Assembly: GCA_964467585.1 (NCBI GenBank)
Contig: CAYXRF010000011.1
Span: 1,645-65,644, forward strand
From: an uncultured Oscillospiraceae bacterium
Lineage (GTDB): Bacteria; Bacillota; Clostridia; Christensenellales; CAG-138
Length of the DNA: 64,000 bases
Reading direction: 5' to 3'
A program made the position numbers and the translations under genes. This document shows, piece by piece, positions 38,869-49,292 of this stretch (positions are counted from its first letter, which is position 1; each line of letters starts with the position of its first letter). The notes under the pieces are model-generated. The model had not been told where the DNA came from. It ran no database searches and worked only from the letters and a program-made list of their open reading frames with translations.

Positions 38869-39527
38869 AATTCAACCTCCCCGTTATGTATGCCTGTGAC
38901 CGAAAACTCAACCCACTCGGCAATGTTGGTTGCGTGGTCGCCTATTCGTTCAAAATACTTTGCAATCATAAGTATATCTATCGCAAACTCCGCATCCTCG
39001 GGATGCTCAACCATCATCTTGATAAGTGAATACTTTACATCGTTGAAAAGCCCATCGACTATATCATCGGATTCGATAACGTGAAGTGCAAGCTCGATAT
39101 CCTGTCTGACATATGCGTCAATGCTGTCCGTGACCATTTTTTTTACCGCGGACGCCATATCCGATATGTGTTCAAAGTCGTCACCGGTTTTACCGTGCAT
39201 AAAGCCTATTATTTCAGCGATGTCCGAAGCTTGATCGCCTATCCTTTCCATATCGGTAATCATCTTCAGCGCTGCTGATATCTGCCGCAGGTCGTGCGCA
39301 ACGGGCTGCTGCAACAACAGCAGCTTTAAACAAAGCGTCTCAATATCCCTTTCCTTTTGGTCGATCTCTCCGTCTATGGGATAAACGGCTTCTGCCAATT
39401 CGGCGCTGCCGCAGAGCAATGCCTTTATCGCCTGAGAGATCGCATCCTCACACAGCGCACCCATTTCAACCATTTCCCTGTGCAGCAAGCGAAGCTGCTC
39501 ATCAAAGCGTGTTCTCATGTTATCCAA
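38865..39527 (-). CDS. phoU: Phosphate signalling complex protein PhoU
   Basis: 220 aa with two PhoU repeats ([12 protein letters not shown] and [12 protein letters not shown]). It sits between pstB and the response regulator. Confidence 0.9.
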   Translation of the reverse strand: MDNMRTRFDEQLRLLHREMVEMGALCEDAISQAIKALLCGSAELAEAVYPIDGEIDQKERDIETLCLKLLLLQQPVAHDLRQISAALKMITDMERIGDQASDIAEIIGFMHGKTGDDFEHISDMASAVKKMVTDSIDAYVRQDIELALHVIESDDIVDGLFNDVKYSLIKMMVEHPEDAEFAIDILMIAKYFERIGDHATNIAEWVEFSVTGIHNGEVEL

Positions 39528-40275
39528 ACCTCCCCGTTATGTAGTCCTCTGTGCGTTTATCAAGCGGATTTGAAAACAGACGCTCGGTATTTTCAAACTC
39601 AACAAGCTCACCCAAAAGAAAGAAAGCGGTATTGTCCGATATACGAACAGCTTGCTGCATATTGTGGGTTACTATGACAATAGTATATCGGCTTTTAAGC
39701 GTCAATGCAAGCTCTTCTATTTTGGCGGTGGATATAGGATCAAGCGCACTGGTAGGTTCGTCCATAAGCAGAACGTCAGGCTCAACCGCAAGTGCGCGTG
39801 CGATACACAGCCTTTGCTGCTGTCCACCGGAAAGTCCCAGCGCAGACTTTTTCAGGCGATCCTTAACCTCGTCCCATATTGCCGCGGAGCGCAGTGCGCA
39901 CTCAACCGTTTCGTCAAGCTTTGCACGATTGACGCCGCCGTGTATACGCGGGCCATACGCAACGTTGTCATAAACGCTCATGGGAAATGGATTTGGCTTT
40001 TGAAACACCATTCCGATATTGCGGCGCAGCTCCGTAACATCCACACCTTTGTCAAATATGCTTCTGTCGTTGTAGGTTACCTCTCCGCTTATTTTAACCG
40101 AAGGGATTAGATCGGTCATGCGGTTCAATATTTTAAGAAAAGTAGACTTGCCGCATCCGGACGGACCAATAAAAGCGGTTATACTGCGTTTGGGGATGGC
40201 AATGTCAATATCCTTAAGCGCCTGAGTATCTCCATACCACAGGCACAGCTTGTTTGTGCGAATCACACAATTCAT
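39520..40275 (-). CDS. pstB: Phosphate ABC transporter ATP-binding protein
   Basis: Walker [37 protein letters not shown]. The ATG at 40275 lies 6 nt after AAGGTG. The longest ORF begins at a GTG at 40284. Confidence 0.93.
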   Translation of the reverse strand: MNCVIRTNKLCLWYGDTQALKDIDIAIPKRSITAFIGPSGCGKSTFLKILNRMTDLIPSVKISGEVTYNDRSIFDKGVDVTELRRNIGMVFQKPNPFPMSVYDNVAYGPRIHGGVNRAKLDETVECALRSAAIWDEVKDRLKKSALGLSGGQQQRLCIARALAVEPDVLLMDEPTSALDPISTAKIEELALTLKSRYTIVIVTHNMQQAVRISDNTAFFLLGELVEFENTERLFSNPLDKRTEDYITGRFG

Positions 40276-41135
40276 TCTCCACACCTTCTTTTTTTAAGCA
40301 GCCTGCCGACTATATCGGCGGCAAGATTTATGATTAGCGTTAAAATCATCAGTATTGCAGCAATGGCAAACGCAACGCCAAATTCACCCTGCTCCTTTGC
40401 ATACACATACAGTGCAACGGTAAGAGTTGCACCCGGACTTGCAAGCCCCTCGACAAACCCGTTAAGCGTGTGAGCGAAGCCTGCAGTGAACAGCAGCGCG
40501 GCGGATTCTCCCATTATCCTTCCGACAGACAGTATACAGCCCGTAACAACGCCGTCAACACAGCCCGGAAGCACAACGGTTCTTACGACTCTCCATTTGC
40601 CTGCTCCAAGCGCGAAAGCCCCTTCACGCAGACTTTGAGGAACAGTTCTGATGCTTTCCTGCGTGGTGCGCATGATCGTAGGCAGATTCATTATCGCAAG
40701 CGTCATCGCGCCCGCAATAAGCGATGTTTTCAAGCCCATGAACTGACAGAATATCAGCATCCCGACAAGCCCATATATTATCGAGGGTATGCCCGAAAGC
40801 GTTTCAGCGGCGTATTCGATAATGGCGACAAGCCTTTTGTGCTTGGCGTATTCTGTCAGATATATCGCCGCACCAACGCCAATAGGCAGAACGATGACAA
40901 GCGTGGCAATCAAAATGTATACAGTGTTAAGTATATCGGGCAATATCCCTATCGTGCCGCTCAAATAACTGGGCTTGCTTGTTAACAGCTTCCATGTGAT
41001 GTTTGGCACACCCCGCACTAAAACATATATGACGATAAACAGCACAAGACATATTACCAAGGCGGCTGCCGCAAGCATTGCAGCGTTAAGACCCACATTA
41101 TATAGCTTTCGTTTTACGCAACGACCCGAGCTCAT
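40272..41135 (-). CDS. pstA: Phosphate ABC transporter permease PstA
   Basis: 287 aa polytopic permease with an EAA-type loop ([22 protein letters not shown]). It is second in the canonical pstC-pstA order. Confidence 0.9.
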   Translation of the reverse strand: MSSGRCVKRKLYNVGLNAAMLAAAALVICLVLFIVIYVLVRGVPNITWKLLTSKPSYLSGTIGILPDILNTVYILIATLVIVLPIGVGAAIYLTEYAKHKRLVAIIEYAAETLSGIPSIIYGLVGMLIFCQFMGLKTSLIAGAMTLAIMNLPTIMRTTQESIRTVPQSLREGAFALGAGKWRVVRTVVLPGCVDGVVTGCILSVGRIMGESAALLFTAGFAHTLNGFVEGLASPGATLTVALYVYAKEQGEFGVAFAIAAILMILTLIINLAADIVGRLLKKRRCGE

Positions 41136-42022
41136 ACGCGTCCACTCCTTTTCACAAAAAAGTTTAACGTTGCGTTAATCAACATAACGAACAGAAAAAG
41201 AACCAGTGCAATTGAAAAAAGAGCCTGCCGCTGTAATCCGCTTGAATAGGACATTTCACTTGCGACCGCTGTGGTCAAAAATCTGACGCTCTGAAAAAGG
41301 GAGGGCATATTAGCCACATTCCCCGCAACCATCATAACCGCCATTGCTTCACCAATCGCACGCCCAACGCCAAGCACAACAGAAGCGGCGATACCGCTTT
41401 TTGCGGCGGGCGCCGATACCTTGAAATAGGTTTCAACAGGCGTTGCGCCAAGCGCGAGAGATGCATCCTCATATTCGTTGGGAACCGCTTCCAAGGCTGT
41501 AACGCTGACCTTGATTATCGAGGGCAGTATCATTATTGCCAGAACGATTATCGCGGAGAACAGTCCCGAGCCATCGGGCAGATTGAACACATCGGACACC
41601 AGAGGAACAAGCACAAGCATACCGACAAGCCCATAAACAACGGATGGTATTCCCGCAAGAAGACTTACCGCATGACCCAGCACAACGCGTATGCGCTTTG
41701 GAGCGATTTTAGCAATGTATACTGCCGACAAGAAACCAATCGGCACGCCAATCAGCACCGCGCCTGAAGTGCCGTATATTGAGGTCAGAATAAAGGGCAG
41801 AATACCGAAGCTTGGTTCATTCGATGTTGACGACCATTCTGTGCCGAACAGAAACTTGAAGAAGCCAATCTCAACTATCGCAGGAATACCTGAAATCACC
41901 AAATATAATGTGATAAGCAACACGCAGCCGACGGCGACAAGCCCCAGCAGCAGAAAAAAACCATGTATAAACCCTTCTGCGGCTCTGCGCCGCGCAACAG
42001 ACCTGTTAGCCAATGCTTTCAT
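41132..42022 (-). CDS. pstC: Phosphate ABC transporter permease PstC
   Basis: 296 aa permease (LEAVPNEYEDASLALGATPVETYF). It follows pstS directly and overlaps the pstA start. Confidence 0.9.
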   Translation of the reverse strand: MKALANRSVARRRAAEGFIHGFFLLLGLVAVGCVLLITLYLVISGIPAIVEIGFFKFLFGTEWSSTSNEPSFGILPFILTSIYGTSGAVLIGVPIGFLSAVYIAKIAPKRIRVVLGHAVSLLAGIPSVVYGLVGMLVLVPLVSDVFNLPDGSGLFSAIIVLAIMILPSIIKVSVTALEAVPNEYEDASLALGATPVETYFKVSAPAAKSGIAASVVLGVGRAIGEAMAVMMVAGNVANMPSLFQSVRFLTTAVASEMSYSSGLQRQALFSIALVLFLFVMLINATLNFFVKRSGRV

Positions 42023-42052
42023 TTTTTACCGACTTTCAATTCGTTTTTCGAA

Positions 42053-42865
42053 TCAATTTGCGGGAACCGCGCCCATCAGCAGAATTACCTTTCGTGCTTC
42101 AGCGGAAAGACAATAGTCAAAAAACGTCTGTGCCGCATTGGAAAGAGTATCGTTTGTTCTCGTAACAAGAACGAACGGTCTTTGCAGAGTGTAGCTGCCG
42201 TCCAATACCGAGCTTTCCGTGGGAGCAATGCCGTCAAGCGTAAGCATCTTAACATTATCCTTTACAGATGCAAGAGAGGCGTATCCAATTGCATTCACAT
42301 TCATAGATACTGTGGTTATCACATCGCCTGTTGAAGTAAGTTCCTGCCGATACAGGCAGATATCTTCGGTTGCAGTCATCGACTCAAACCCATCGCGTGT
42401 GCCGCTGCCTGCCTCCCGACCTATCAAAACTATCTCACCGTCAGCACCGCCAAGCTCTTTCCAATTTAAAATTTTTCCTGTGAATATGTCCGAAAGCTGA
42501 TCCATCGTAAGACCGTTTATCGGGTTGCCGTTGTTAACGATTACTGCAATCCCATCGTAAGCGAGAATGGTTTCGGTCAAGCCGAGAGCTTTTTCAGAAT
42601 CCTTCAGCGCACGACTTGAAAGCCCGATATCGCATCTGCCCTCGGCAACAGCGGTTATGCCGCTTCCGGAGCCGGTAGGATTGTAGCTGAATCCAACGCC
42701 CGAGTATTGCTCGGCAAATGCCTCGCCAAGTCCCCCGATCACCTTTTCCATTGAGGTGGAGCCGTCCGTGGACACCGTACCGGAAACGCTATTTCCTGCA
42801 ACGCACCCAACAAGCATAATTGGGAGCAGCGCCATGGCTATAACAGCCGTTAGTGTTCTCTTCAT
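42053..42865 (-). CDS. pstS: Phosphate ABC transporter substrate-binding lipoprotein
   Basis: 270 aa. Lipobox MLVGC and the PBP motif STDGSTSMEKV...NPTGSGSGI typical of Firmicute PstS. Confidence 0.9.
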   Translation of the reverse strand: MKRTLTAVIAMALLPIMLVGCVAGNSVSGTVSTDGSTSMEKVIGGLGEAFAEQYSGVGFSYNPTGSGSGITAVAEGRCDIGLSSRALKDSEKALGLTETILAYDGIAVIVNNGNPINGLTMDQLSDIFTGKILNWKELGGADGEIVLIGREAGSGTRDGFESMTATEDICLYRQELTSTGDVITTVSMNVNAIGYASLASVKDNVKMLTLDGIAPTESSVLDGSYTLQRPFVLVTRTNDTLSNAAQTFFDYCLSAEARKVILLMGAVPAN

Positions 42866-42912
42866 TTTTTTCTCTCCTTTTTGTTTATCATGCCCGTATT
42901 GTATCGATGCAG

Positions 42913-42952
42913 TGTTAAATCAAAAAGCGAGCGAATGTTAAATCTTTGTTAA
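42913..42952 (-). promoter_or_regulatory. Candidate Pho boxes (PhoP binding repeats) upstream of pstS
   Basis: On the pstS strand, the hexamer TTAACA occurs at 42952-42947 and 42941-42936 with an exact 5-nt spacer (11-bp period), and again at 42918-42913. A TACAAT -10 lies at 42903-42898. The hexamer matches the B. subtilis PhoP repeat consensus TT(A/T/C)ACA. Confidence 0.5.
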
Positions 42953-43037
42953 GATGAACCGATTCCGACAATTGCCGACTTATACTGTCAAAAAAATGGG
43001 GGACGGGGGAATGCGTTCCTATATTTTGAAGCAGCTG

Positions 43038-43066
43038 TTGCACTTTTTTTGTACCTGCTGTATAAT
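43038..43066 (+). promoter_or_regulatory. Sigma-A type promoter for glyA
   Basis: TTGCAC (43038-43043), 17-nt spacer, TATAAT (43061-43066), about 40 nt upstream of the glyA ATG. Confidence 0.55.
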
Positions 43067-43105
43067 ACGCCTGTCCGACAGAAATATAAAGTGTGGAGGT
43101 ATACT

Positions 43106-44341
43106 ATGATACAGTTTGAGCTTATTCGCGCTCATGACCCTGAGCTTTGCGGCTATATGGAGGAGGAGCTTACCCGTCAGAGGAACCACCTTGAGCTTAT
43201 AGCTTCCGAAAACTTCGTAAGTGAAACAGTAATGGCTTGCATGGGCAGCCATCTTACAAACAAATATGCCGAGGGCTATCCGGGAAAGCGCTATTACGGC
43301 GGCTGCGAAAAAGTTGATCTGGTTGAAAACCTTGCGCGTGACAGAGCAAAGCTGCTGTTTGGCGCGGATCATGCCAACGTGCAGCCTCATTCAGGCGCAC
43401 AGGCAAATCTTTCAGTGTATTTTGCTTTGCTTAACTACGGAGATACAATACTTGGCATGAACCTGTCTCATGGTGGGCATTTGACCCATGGCAGCCCCGT
43501 GAATATGAGCGGCAAGTACTTCAATTTCATCCCGTATGGCGTTTCTGAAGCGGATGAGCGCATTGATTACGATGAGGTTGAAAGAATCGCAAAGGAAGCT
43601 CACCCAAAGATGATCGTTGCCGGCGCAAGCGCATATCCGCGTGCGATTGATTTTGAACGTATGGCGAGCATCGCTCACAATGAGGGGGCGCTGCTGATGG
43701 TAGATATGGCACACATTGCTGGGCTTGTCGCGGCAGGGCTGCATATGAATCCCGTTCCCTATGCGGATGTAGTCACCACCACAACGCACAAGACGCTTCG
43801 CGGACCGCGCGGCGGCATGATACTCTGCAAAGATGAGCTTGCTAAGGCTGTTGATAAGGGCATATTCCCGGGTACTCAGGGCGGCCCGCTCATGCATATA
43901 ATCGCTGCAAAGGCTGCTTGCATTAACGAGGCGCTTCAGCCTGAGTTCAAAACGTATCAGACTCAGGTGCTGAAAAATGCAAAGGTGCTTGCACAGTCCC
44001 TTGCGGACAGCGGTTTGCGTATTGTTTCAGGAGGCACGGATAACCATCTCATGCTTGTAGATCTCACTGCTTCCGGGCGCACGGGCAAAGAGGTTGAGCA
44101 TATGCTTGACGATGCAAACATCACTGTTAATAAAAACACCATCCCGTTTGAAACCCGCAGTCCGTTCATCACAAGCGGTATCCGTATAGGTACTCCTGCG
44201 CTGACGACACGCGGCTTTAACGAGGATGAAATGCAGGTTATCGGCGGTCTCATTGCGCGTGTTGCGCTGGAGGGTGAGTCGGCCATCCCGCAGGTAAAGG
44301 CAAAGGTCATAGAGCTTACGGATAAGCATCCCCTTTACTGA
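43106..44341 (+). CDS. glyA: Serine hydroxymethyltransferase
   Basis: Starts [40 protein letters not shown] lysine motif [24 protein letters not shown] before the ATG at 43106. The longest ORF starts at 43049. Confidence 0.95.
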   Translation: MIQFELIRAHDPELCGYMEEELTRQRNHLELIASENFVSETVMACMGSHLTNKYAEGYPGKRYYGGCEKVDLVENLARDRAKLLFGADHANVQPHSGAQANLSVYFALLNYGDTILGMNLSHGGHLTHGSPVNMSGKYFNFIPYGVSEADERIDYDEVERIAKEAHPKMIVAGASAYPRAIDFERMASIAHNEGALLMVDMAHIAGLVAAGLHMNPVPYADVVTTTTHKTLRGPRGGMILCKDELAKAVDKGIFPGTQGGPLMHIIAAKAACINEALQPEFKTYQTQVLKNAKVLAQSLADSGLRIVSGGTDNHLMLVDLTASGRTGKEVEHMLDDANITVNKNTIPFETRSPFITSGIRIGTPALTTRGFNEDEMQVIGGLIARVALEGESAIPQVKAKVIELTDKHPLY

Positions 44342-44366
44342 GCACATAAAAACTGAAGCACGCATA

Positions 44367-44400
44367 AAGGACACGTTTTCAAAACGGCGTGTCCTTTTCT
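44367..44400 (+). terminator. Rho-independent terminator after glyA
   Basis: AAGGACACG, 12-nt loop, CGTGTCCTT, followed by TTCT. Confidence 0.75.
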
Positions 44401-44467
44401 TGTAAATTTTTGATTGGAACAATGGCATCGAGGTAATGCGATATTTGACAGAACATGAAGTATGCTG

Positions 44468-44496
44468 TTGAAGAAAATGTGATTCTGTGATATTAT
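44468..44496 (+). promoter_or_regulatory. Sigma-A type promoter with extended -10 for the small-protein/ABC exporter array
   Basis: TTGAAG (44468-44473), 17-nt spacer ending in TGa, TATTAT (44491-44496). The first ATG at 44506 lies only 9 nt after the -10 hexamer. Confidence 0.5.
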
Positions 44497-44505
44497 ACAG
44501 AAAAC

Positions 44506-44784
44506 ATGTACAGAGGTTATAAGAAGATGAGAAGATTTGTGGCGATTGTTGGTTTGCTTCTTGCCGTAGGCGGCTTTGTTACCATTGCTTTTTCTGTTGC
44601 CTGGGATATAAGCTTTTATATACCGGTGGGTCTTATTCTGGGGGCCTTCATATGCTTGGCTATTGCCAAGCGTATGTATGCGGGCAAACCGCAGGATACC
44701 GAGAGCTCGTCAAAAAACGATGCGATTGACGGCGAATGCAGTGCCAATGATACCGCGGAGGACGACCATGGAACAAATAAATAA
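44506..44784 (+). CDS. Small membrane protein (two TM helices, acidic C-terminal tail)
   Basis: 92-aa ORF, or 85 aa from the ATG at 44527, which has AGAGGT 9 nt upstream. FVAIVGLLLAVGGFVTIAFSVAW and IPVGLILGAFICLAIA are hydrophobic helices. The 3' end overlaps the ABC exporter start by 17 nt. Confidence 0.55.
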   Translation: MYRGYKKMRRFVAIVGLLLAVGGFVTIAFSVAWDISFYIPVGLILGAFICLAIAKRMYAGKPQDTESSSKNDAIDGECSANDTAEDDHGTNK

Positions 44785-46534
44785 AAAAGCAAAGAACAGC
44801 GTGTTGAAGCGCTTTGTCAGCTATTACAAGCCCCACATCCCGCTTTTTACGTTGGATATGCTTTGCGCACTGTTTGTATCTGGAGTTGACGTTGTATATC
44901 CCCTTATAGCAGATAAGCTGATGAATAATTACATATCACCGGGCTCAACTCTGATGCGTCCGTTTTTGCTTATTATCGGCGTATGCGTGTTGCTGTTTGT
45001 GCTGCGTTCGGCGGCGTCATATATCGTAACATATTATGGACATCAGCTCGGCGTCAGGATGGAAGCGGACATGCGCAGAGACGTCTTTGCGCATCTTCAA
45101 AAGCTCGGCTTCAGCTTTTATGACAAGTCGCGTACGGGCAAGCTGCTTTCGCGCTGCACAAACGATTTGTTTGACGTTACAGAGCTTGCTCATCATGGCC
45201 CGGAGGACGTCTTTATTTCAGTAGCGACGTTCATCGGCGCATTCATAGTGATGATGACAATCAACTGGATACTTGCGCTGGTGCTTGTGGCAACCGTGCC
45301 GATTATGCTTTGGTTTGTGATAAGGCTTCGCAAACAAATGAACACCGCATCGCGCCACGTTAAAGAGGGCGTCGCCGTAATCAACGCAGATATTGAGTCG
45401 TCAATTTCGGGAGCGCGTGTTGCAAAGGCTTTTACCTGCGAGGATTACGAGTGCAAAAAATTCGACCGAGGCAATGGTCAATATGTTAAGTCAAAGACCG
45501 CATATTACAGGACAATGGCGTCTTTTATGGCGGGCATGGAGTTTTTTACAAGCATACTGAAAGTGCTTGTCATCGGCGTTGCGGGTGTGCTGATAATCAC
45601 AGGAACGGGCGGAATGACGGTGACGTCGCTTGTTGTATTTTTGCTGTACGTCGCTTCGTTCACAACGCCTATTCGCAAGCTTGCGATGTTTATGGAGCAA
45701 TACACACTTGGTATGGCGGGATTCTCAAGATTTTCAGAGCTTATGGACACAGAGCCGGATATCAAGGACAAGCCCGACGCCATAGCGCTTTCAAATGTGC
45801 GCGGCGATATAGTATTCAAGGATGTATCCTTCTCATATGACGGCGGCAGATATGTATTGAGCGATATCAATCTTTCTATCCCACACGGCAGCACGATAGC
45901 GCTTGTCGGACCCTCGGGCGGAGGCAAAACCACTATGTGTCACCTGCTCCCACGTTTTTACGACATTGACGAGGGCAGCATCACAATAGATGGGCATGAT
46001 ATACGCGATGTAACCCTGCGTTCGCTGCGCGGCAGCATCGGCATAGTTCAGCAGGATGTATTTTTGTTCGCCGCATCCATAAAAGAGAATATTCGATACG
46101 GAAGGCTTGACGCTACGTTTGAAGAAATTGTCGAAGCGGCAAAAGCGGCGGAGGTTCATGACGACATAATGTCATTGCCAAACGGGTACGATACCGTGGT
46201 TGGCGAGCGCGGAGTCATGCTGTCGGGAGGGCAAAAGCAGAGGGTTTCAATCGCAAGAATATTCCTTAAAAATCCTCCGATTCTCATTCTCGATGAGGCG
46301 ACCAGTGCGCTTGATTCCGCAACGGAGGCAAGAATATCATCCGCGCTTGAAAGACTTTCTGTCGGAAGAACAACTATGATAATTGCTCACAGGCTTTCAA
46401 CGGTGCGTAACGCAAGCGAAATAATTGTTATTGATGAGCGTGGCATTGTTGAGCGCGGTACGCATGACGAGCTTATGAAGCTTGAGGGTGAGTATCGCAG
46501 ACTTCATGACGCTCAGAACGTGCTGTACAGTTAA
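44768..46534 (+). CDS. ABC exporter, fused permease/ATP-binding protein (type I exporter, MsbA-like)
   Basis: Starts MEQINKKAKNSVLKRFVSYYKPH after a GGAGG RBS. Six-TM domain, Walker A GPSGGGKTT, LSGGQKQRVSIARI, ILILDEATSALD. Confidence 0.9.
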   Translation: MEQINKKAKNSVLKRFVSYYKPHIPLFTLDMLCALFVSGVDVVYPLIADKLMNNYISPGSTLMRPFLLIIGVCVLLFVLRSAASYIVTYYGHQLGVRMEADMRRDVFAHLQKLGFSFYDKSRTGKLLSRCTNDLFDVTELAHHGPEDVFISVATFIGAFIVMMTINWILALVLVATVPIMLWFVIRLRKQMNTASRHVKEGVAVINADIESSISGARVAKAFTCEDYECKKFDRGNGQYVKSKTAYYRTMASFMAGMEFFTSILKVLVIGVAGVLIITGTGGMTVTSLVVFLLYVASFTTPIRKLAMFMEQYTLGMAGFSRFSELMDTEPDIKDKPDAIALSNVRGDIVFKDVSFSYDGGRYVLSDINLSIPHGSTIALVGPSGGGKTTMCHLLPRFYDIDEGSITIDGHDIRDVTLRSLRGSIGIVQQDVFLFAASIKENIRYGRLDATFEEIVEAAKAAEVHDDIMSLPNGYDTVVGERGVMLSGGQKQRVSIARIFLKNPPILILDEATSALDSATEARISSALERLSVGRTTMIIAHRLSTVRNASEIIVIDERGIVERGTHDELMKLEGEYRRLHDAQNVLYS

Positions 46535-46563
46535 AAAATGAATTATCCGAAAGGAGATATCAT

Positions 46564-47169
46564 ATGGCAAACCTTCAAAAGCTGATGAATACACTTAACG
46601 GCATTTATGAGCCGCTTCAAGAGAGGGCTGTTCGGCTTGTGTCAATGCTTGACAAGCTTGACGCAAAGGTTGAATGGGGCTATTATGGCGGGCATACCGT
46701 TGAAGTAAAGGGCGAGCAGCTGTTCGAAACTTTTCCTATACCCATTGTCACCGTCAAGGATGTTTGCGACGTTGGAATAGACGTTGAGGGAGCCTTTGTC
46801 GAGGGCAAGCTCTATGCCGAGCAAATTCAGCAAACGGACTTTTCACCGCTGCGGGGACGTCATTTCTGTATATACGGCGCAGAGGATTATCTTACGGATC
46901 TGTTTGATTCAAACAGCGATGCGATTCTCGATATACCGTCGATGCTTGCGGAAAGCAGCGAGACGGAGTTCTGCATTTGCGTAATATTTGATGTGATACC
47001 TCTAATGCAGGAGATTGTTGCGCTGTGCGGCACTTTCAAAGAAATGGGCACGCACATACTTGCTTACGATAACGAGCAGGAGTCCGACGTCAATAACGAG
47101 GAACGTCCGATGGAACGCAAATTGACAAAGCTGAGCATGGAGGGGGCGACAGCAAATGACCCAGCATGA
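46564..47169 (+). CDS. Hypothetical protein, 201 aa, acidic C-terminal tail
   Basis: AAAGGAG RBS and clean codon structure. Its 3' end overlaps the next gene by 14 nt. No motif or family was recognised. Confidence 0.6.
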   Translation: MANLQKLMNTLNGIYEPLQERAVRLVSMLDKLDAKVEWGYYGGHTVEVKGEQLFETFPIPIVTVKDVCDVGIDVEGAFVEGKLYAEQIQQTDFSPLRGRHFCIYGAEDYLTDLFDSNSDAILDIPSMLAESSETEFCICVIFDVIPLMQEIVALCGTFKEMGTHILAYDNEQESDVNNEERPMERKLTKLSMEGATANDPA

Positions 47170-48193
47170 GATATCGGCTCCCGCGCCGCTATTACGCGAT
47201 GATGGCTCCCTTATGGAGGCGGGCTATGCCACTTACCCGATATTTGTGTATGACCGTTCGCTTGTTAAGGGCGGAAAGCTGCGCATAAAGGAATGGGACT
47301 ATTACCTCATATACAATGACAGGTATGCAGTCGCGCTTACCGCAGACGATAACTCATATATGGGGCTGATGTCCATTTCGTTTATTGACTTTGAAAAGCA
47401 AACAGAGATCACCAAAAGTGCTATGATACCTTTGACCCTTGGCAGAATCGGCATGCCTTCAGCCTCCGACAGAGGTGACGTGGTTTATAAAAGCCGAAGG
47501 GTTCAGCTTGCCTTTACTCATGAGGGAGAAAACCGTCGGTTGAAGGTGCGCTTTCGCCATTTTAGGGGCAAGGAGGATTTTGAGTGTGATTTCTTGTTGT
47601 CAGATCCGCCAAAGGATTCAATGGTGATTGCCACTCCGTTTGAAAATAAATCCACCGCGTTCTACTACAATCAAAAAATCATTGGCATGAAGGCAACCGG
47701 AACCGTCTATTTTGAAAGAAAAAAATTCAAATTCACACCCGGCAACACGCAGGGATTGCTTGATTGGGGCAGAGGCGTGTGGACATACGACAACACATGG
47801 TACTGGGGAGCAGGTCAGGGAATTGTTGAGGGCGAGAGATTCGGCTTTAACATAGGCTATGGGTTTGGCGACACATCCGCGGCAAGCGAGAATATGCTGT
47901 TTTTCAAAGGAAGGGCCCATAAGCTTGATGGTGTGACGTTTGAAATTCCAACCGATGATAATGGCAAGGAGACTTATACAAAGCCGTGGCGGTTTACATC
48001 AACGGACTGCAGATTTGAAATGGATTTCGTTCCGATGCTTGACCGCAAGGCAAAAACATCAGTCGGAGTGATAATGAGCGACCAGCATCAAGTGTTCGGC
48101 AGGTTCAGCGGCAAGGCGACGCTTGATAACGGTAGGGTTATCGAAATAAAGGATTTTATTGGCTTTGCGGAAAAGGTTCGCAATAAGTGGTAA
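47156..48193 (+). CDS. DUF2804-like protein (unknown function)
   Basis: 345-aa ORF. KEWDYYLIYNDRY and WYWGAGQG resemble DUF2804 family members as recalled. No search was run. Confidence 0.68.
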   Translation: MTQHEISAPAPLLRDDGSLMEAGYATYPIFVYDRSLVKGGKLRIKEWDYYLIYNDRYAVALTADDNSYMGLMSISFIDFEKQTEITKSAMIPLTLGRIGMPSASDRGDVVYKSRRVQLAFTHEGENRRLKVRFRHFRGKEDFECDFLLSDPPKDSMVIATPFENKSTAFYYNQKIIGMKATGTVYFERKKFKFTPGNTQGLLDWGRGVWTYDNTWYWGAGQGIVEGERFGFNIGYGFGDTSAASENMLFFKGRAHKLDGVTFEIPTDDNGKETYTKPWRFTSTDCRFEMDFVPMLDRKAKTSVGVIMSDQHQVFGRFSGKATLDNGRVIEIKDFIGFAEKVRNKW

Positions 48194-48266
48194 CCACGAT
48201 TCAACACAAGGATTGGCATACAAACATATTTCACGACGCACCATAGATTTAGATTTGAAAGGACGT

Positions 48267-49292
48267 ATGGAGATGGAAGGATTCATAAATCAGCTTCGTC
48301 AGCTTATGGCGATTGACAGCCCAACGGGCTTTACACGGGCAGCGGCAGGATATTTGGTCGAATGGCTGACAGAACTCGGCTATTCGCCCGAGATCACAAC
48401 GAAGGGCTGCGTACTCTGCTGCCTTGGCGGGGAGGGCAGACCTGTTGTGCTTTCTGCGCATCTTGACACGCTGGGCGCGATGGTTGCGGAGGTTAAAAGC
48501 AACGGCAGACTGCGCCTTACCCGTATAGGCGGCATGAATGCCAACAATGCGGAGTGTGAGAACGCCAAGGTTTATACTCGAGACGGCAGAACCTATGAGG
48601 GATGCTTTCAGATGAACGATCCGTCCGTTCATGTAAACGGAGATTATTCAACTCAGGCACGAACGTTTGACACAATGGAGCTTGTGCTTGACGAAATAGC
48701 ATCATCCAAAGAGGAGACCGACAAGCTTGGCATAGGAACGGGCGACTATGTGTGCTTTGATCCGCGCTTTCGCGTCACGGAAAACGGCTATATAAAAAGC
48801 CGCTTCCTTGACGACAAGCTCAGCGTTGCAATTTTGCTGGAGTATGCCCGTCACATAAAAGAAAACGGTTTGAAGCTCAACCGAAAGGTTTACATCTATC
48901 TTACCGTATATGAAGAAGTTGGGCACGGCTGCTCCGCAAGCATTCCATCCGACGCCAAGGATATAATTAGCGTTGACATGGGCTGCGTAGGTCAAGGGCT
49001 TGCCTGCAGCGAACGACAGGTATCTATCTGCGTTAAGGATTCGCACGGCCCATACAACTATGATCTGACGAACGAGCTGATTTTTGTCGCAAAGGAGCAA
49101 AAGCTTGACTATGCTCTTGACGTATATCCGTATTATGGATCGGACGCCGATGCCGCTCTTGACGCAGGATACGATTTGCGCCATGCTCTTATTGGCGCGG
49201 GAGTGTACGCTTCTCACGGATACGAGCGTTCGCACATTAATGGCGCGGAGAACACCCTCAAGCTTATCGAGGGCTTTACTGTTGAAAAATGA
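48267..49292 (+). CDS. M42 family metallopeptidase (glutamyl aminopeptidase / FrvX-like)
   Basis: Starts MEMEGFINQLRQLMAIDSPTGFT. Contains SAHLDTLGAMV, FLDDKLSVA, YEEVGHG, ASHGYERSH, which are typical metal-ligand contexts of M42 peptidases. The longest ORF starts at 48159. Confidence 0.85.
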   Translation: MEMEGFINQLRQLMAIDSPTGFTRAAAGYLVEWLTELGYSPEITTKGCVLCCLGGEGRPVVLSAHLDTLGAMVAEVKSNGRLRLTRIGGMNANNAECENAKVYTRDGRTYEGCFQMNDPSVHVNGDYSTQARTFDTMELVLDEIASSKEETDKLGIGTGDYVCFDPRFRVTENGYIKSRFLDDKLSVAILLEYARHIKENGLKLNRKVYIYLTVYEEVGHGCSASIPSDAKDIISVDMGCVGQGLACSERQVSICVKDSHGPYNYDLTNELIFVAKEQKLDYALDVYPYYGSDADAALDAGYDLRHALIGAGVYASHGYERSHINGAENTLKLIEGFTVEK

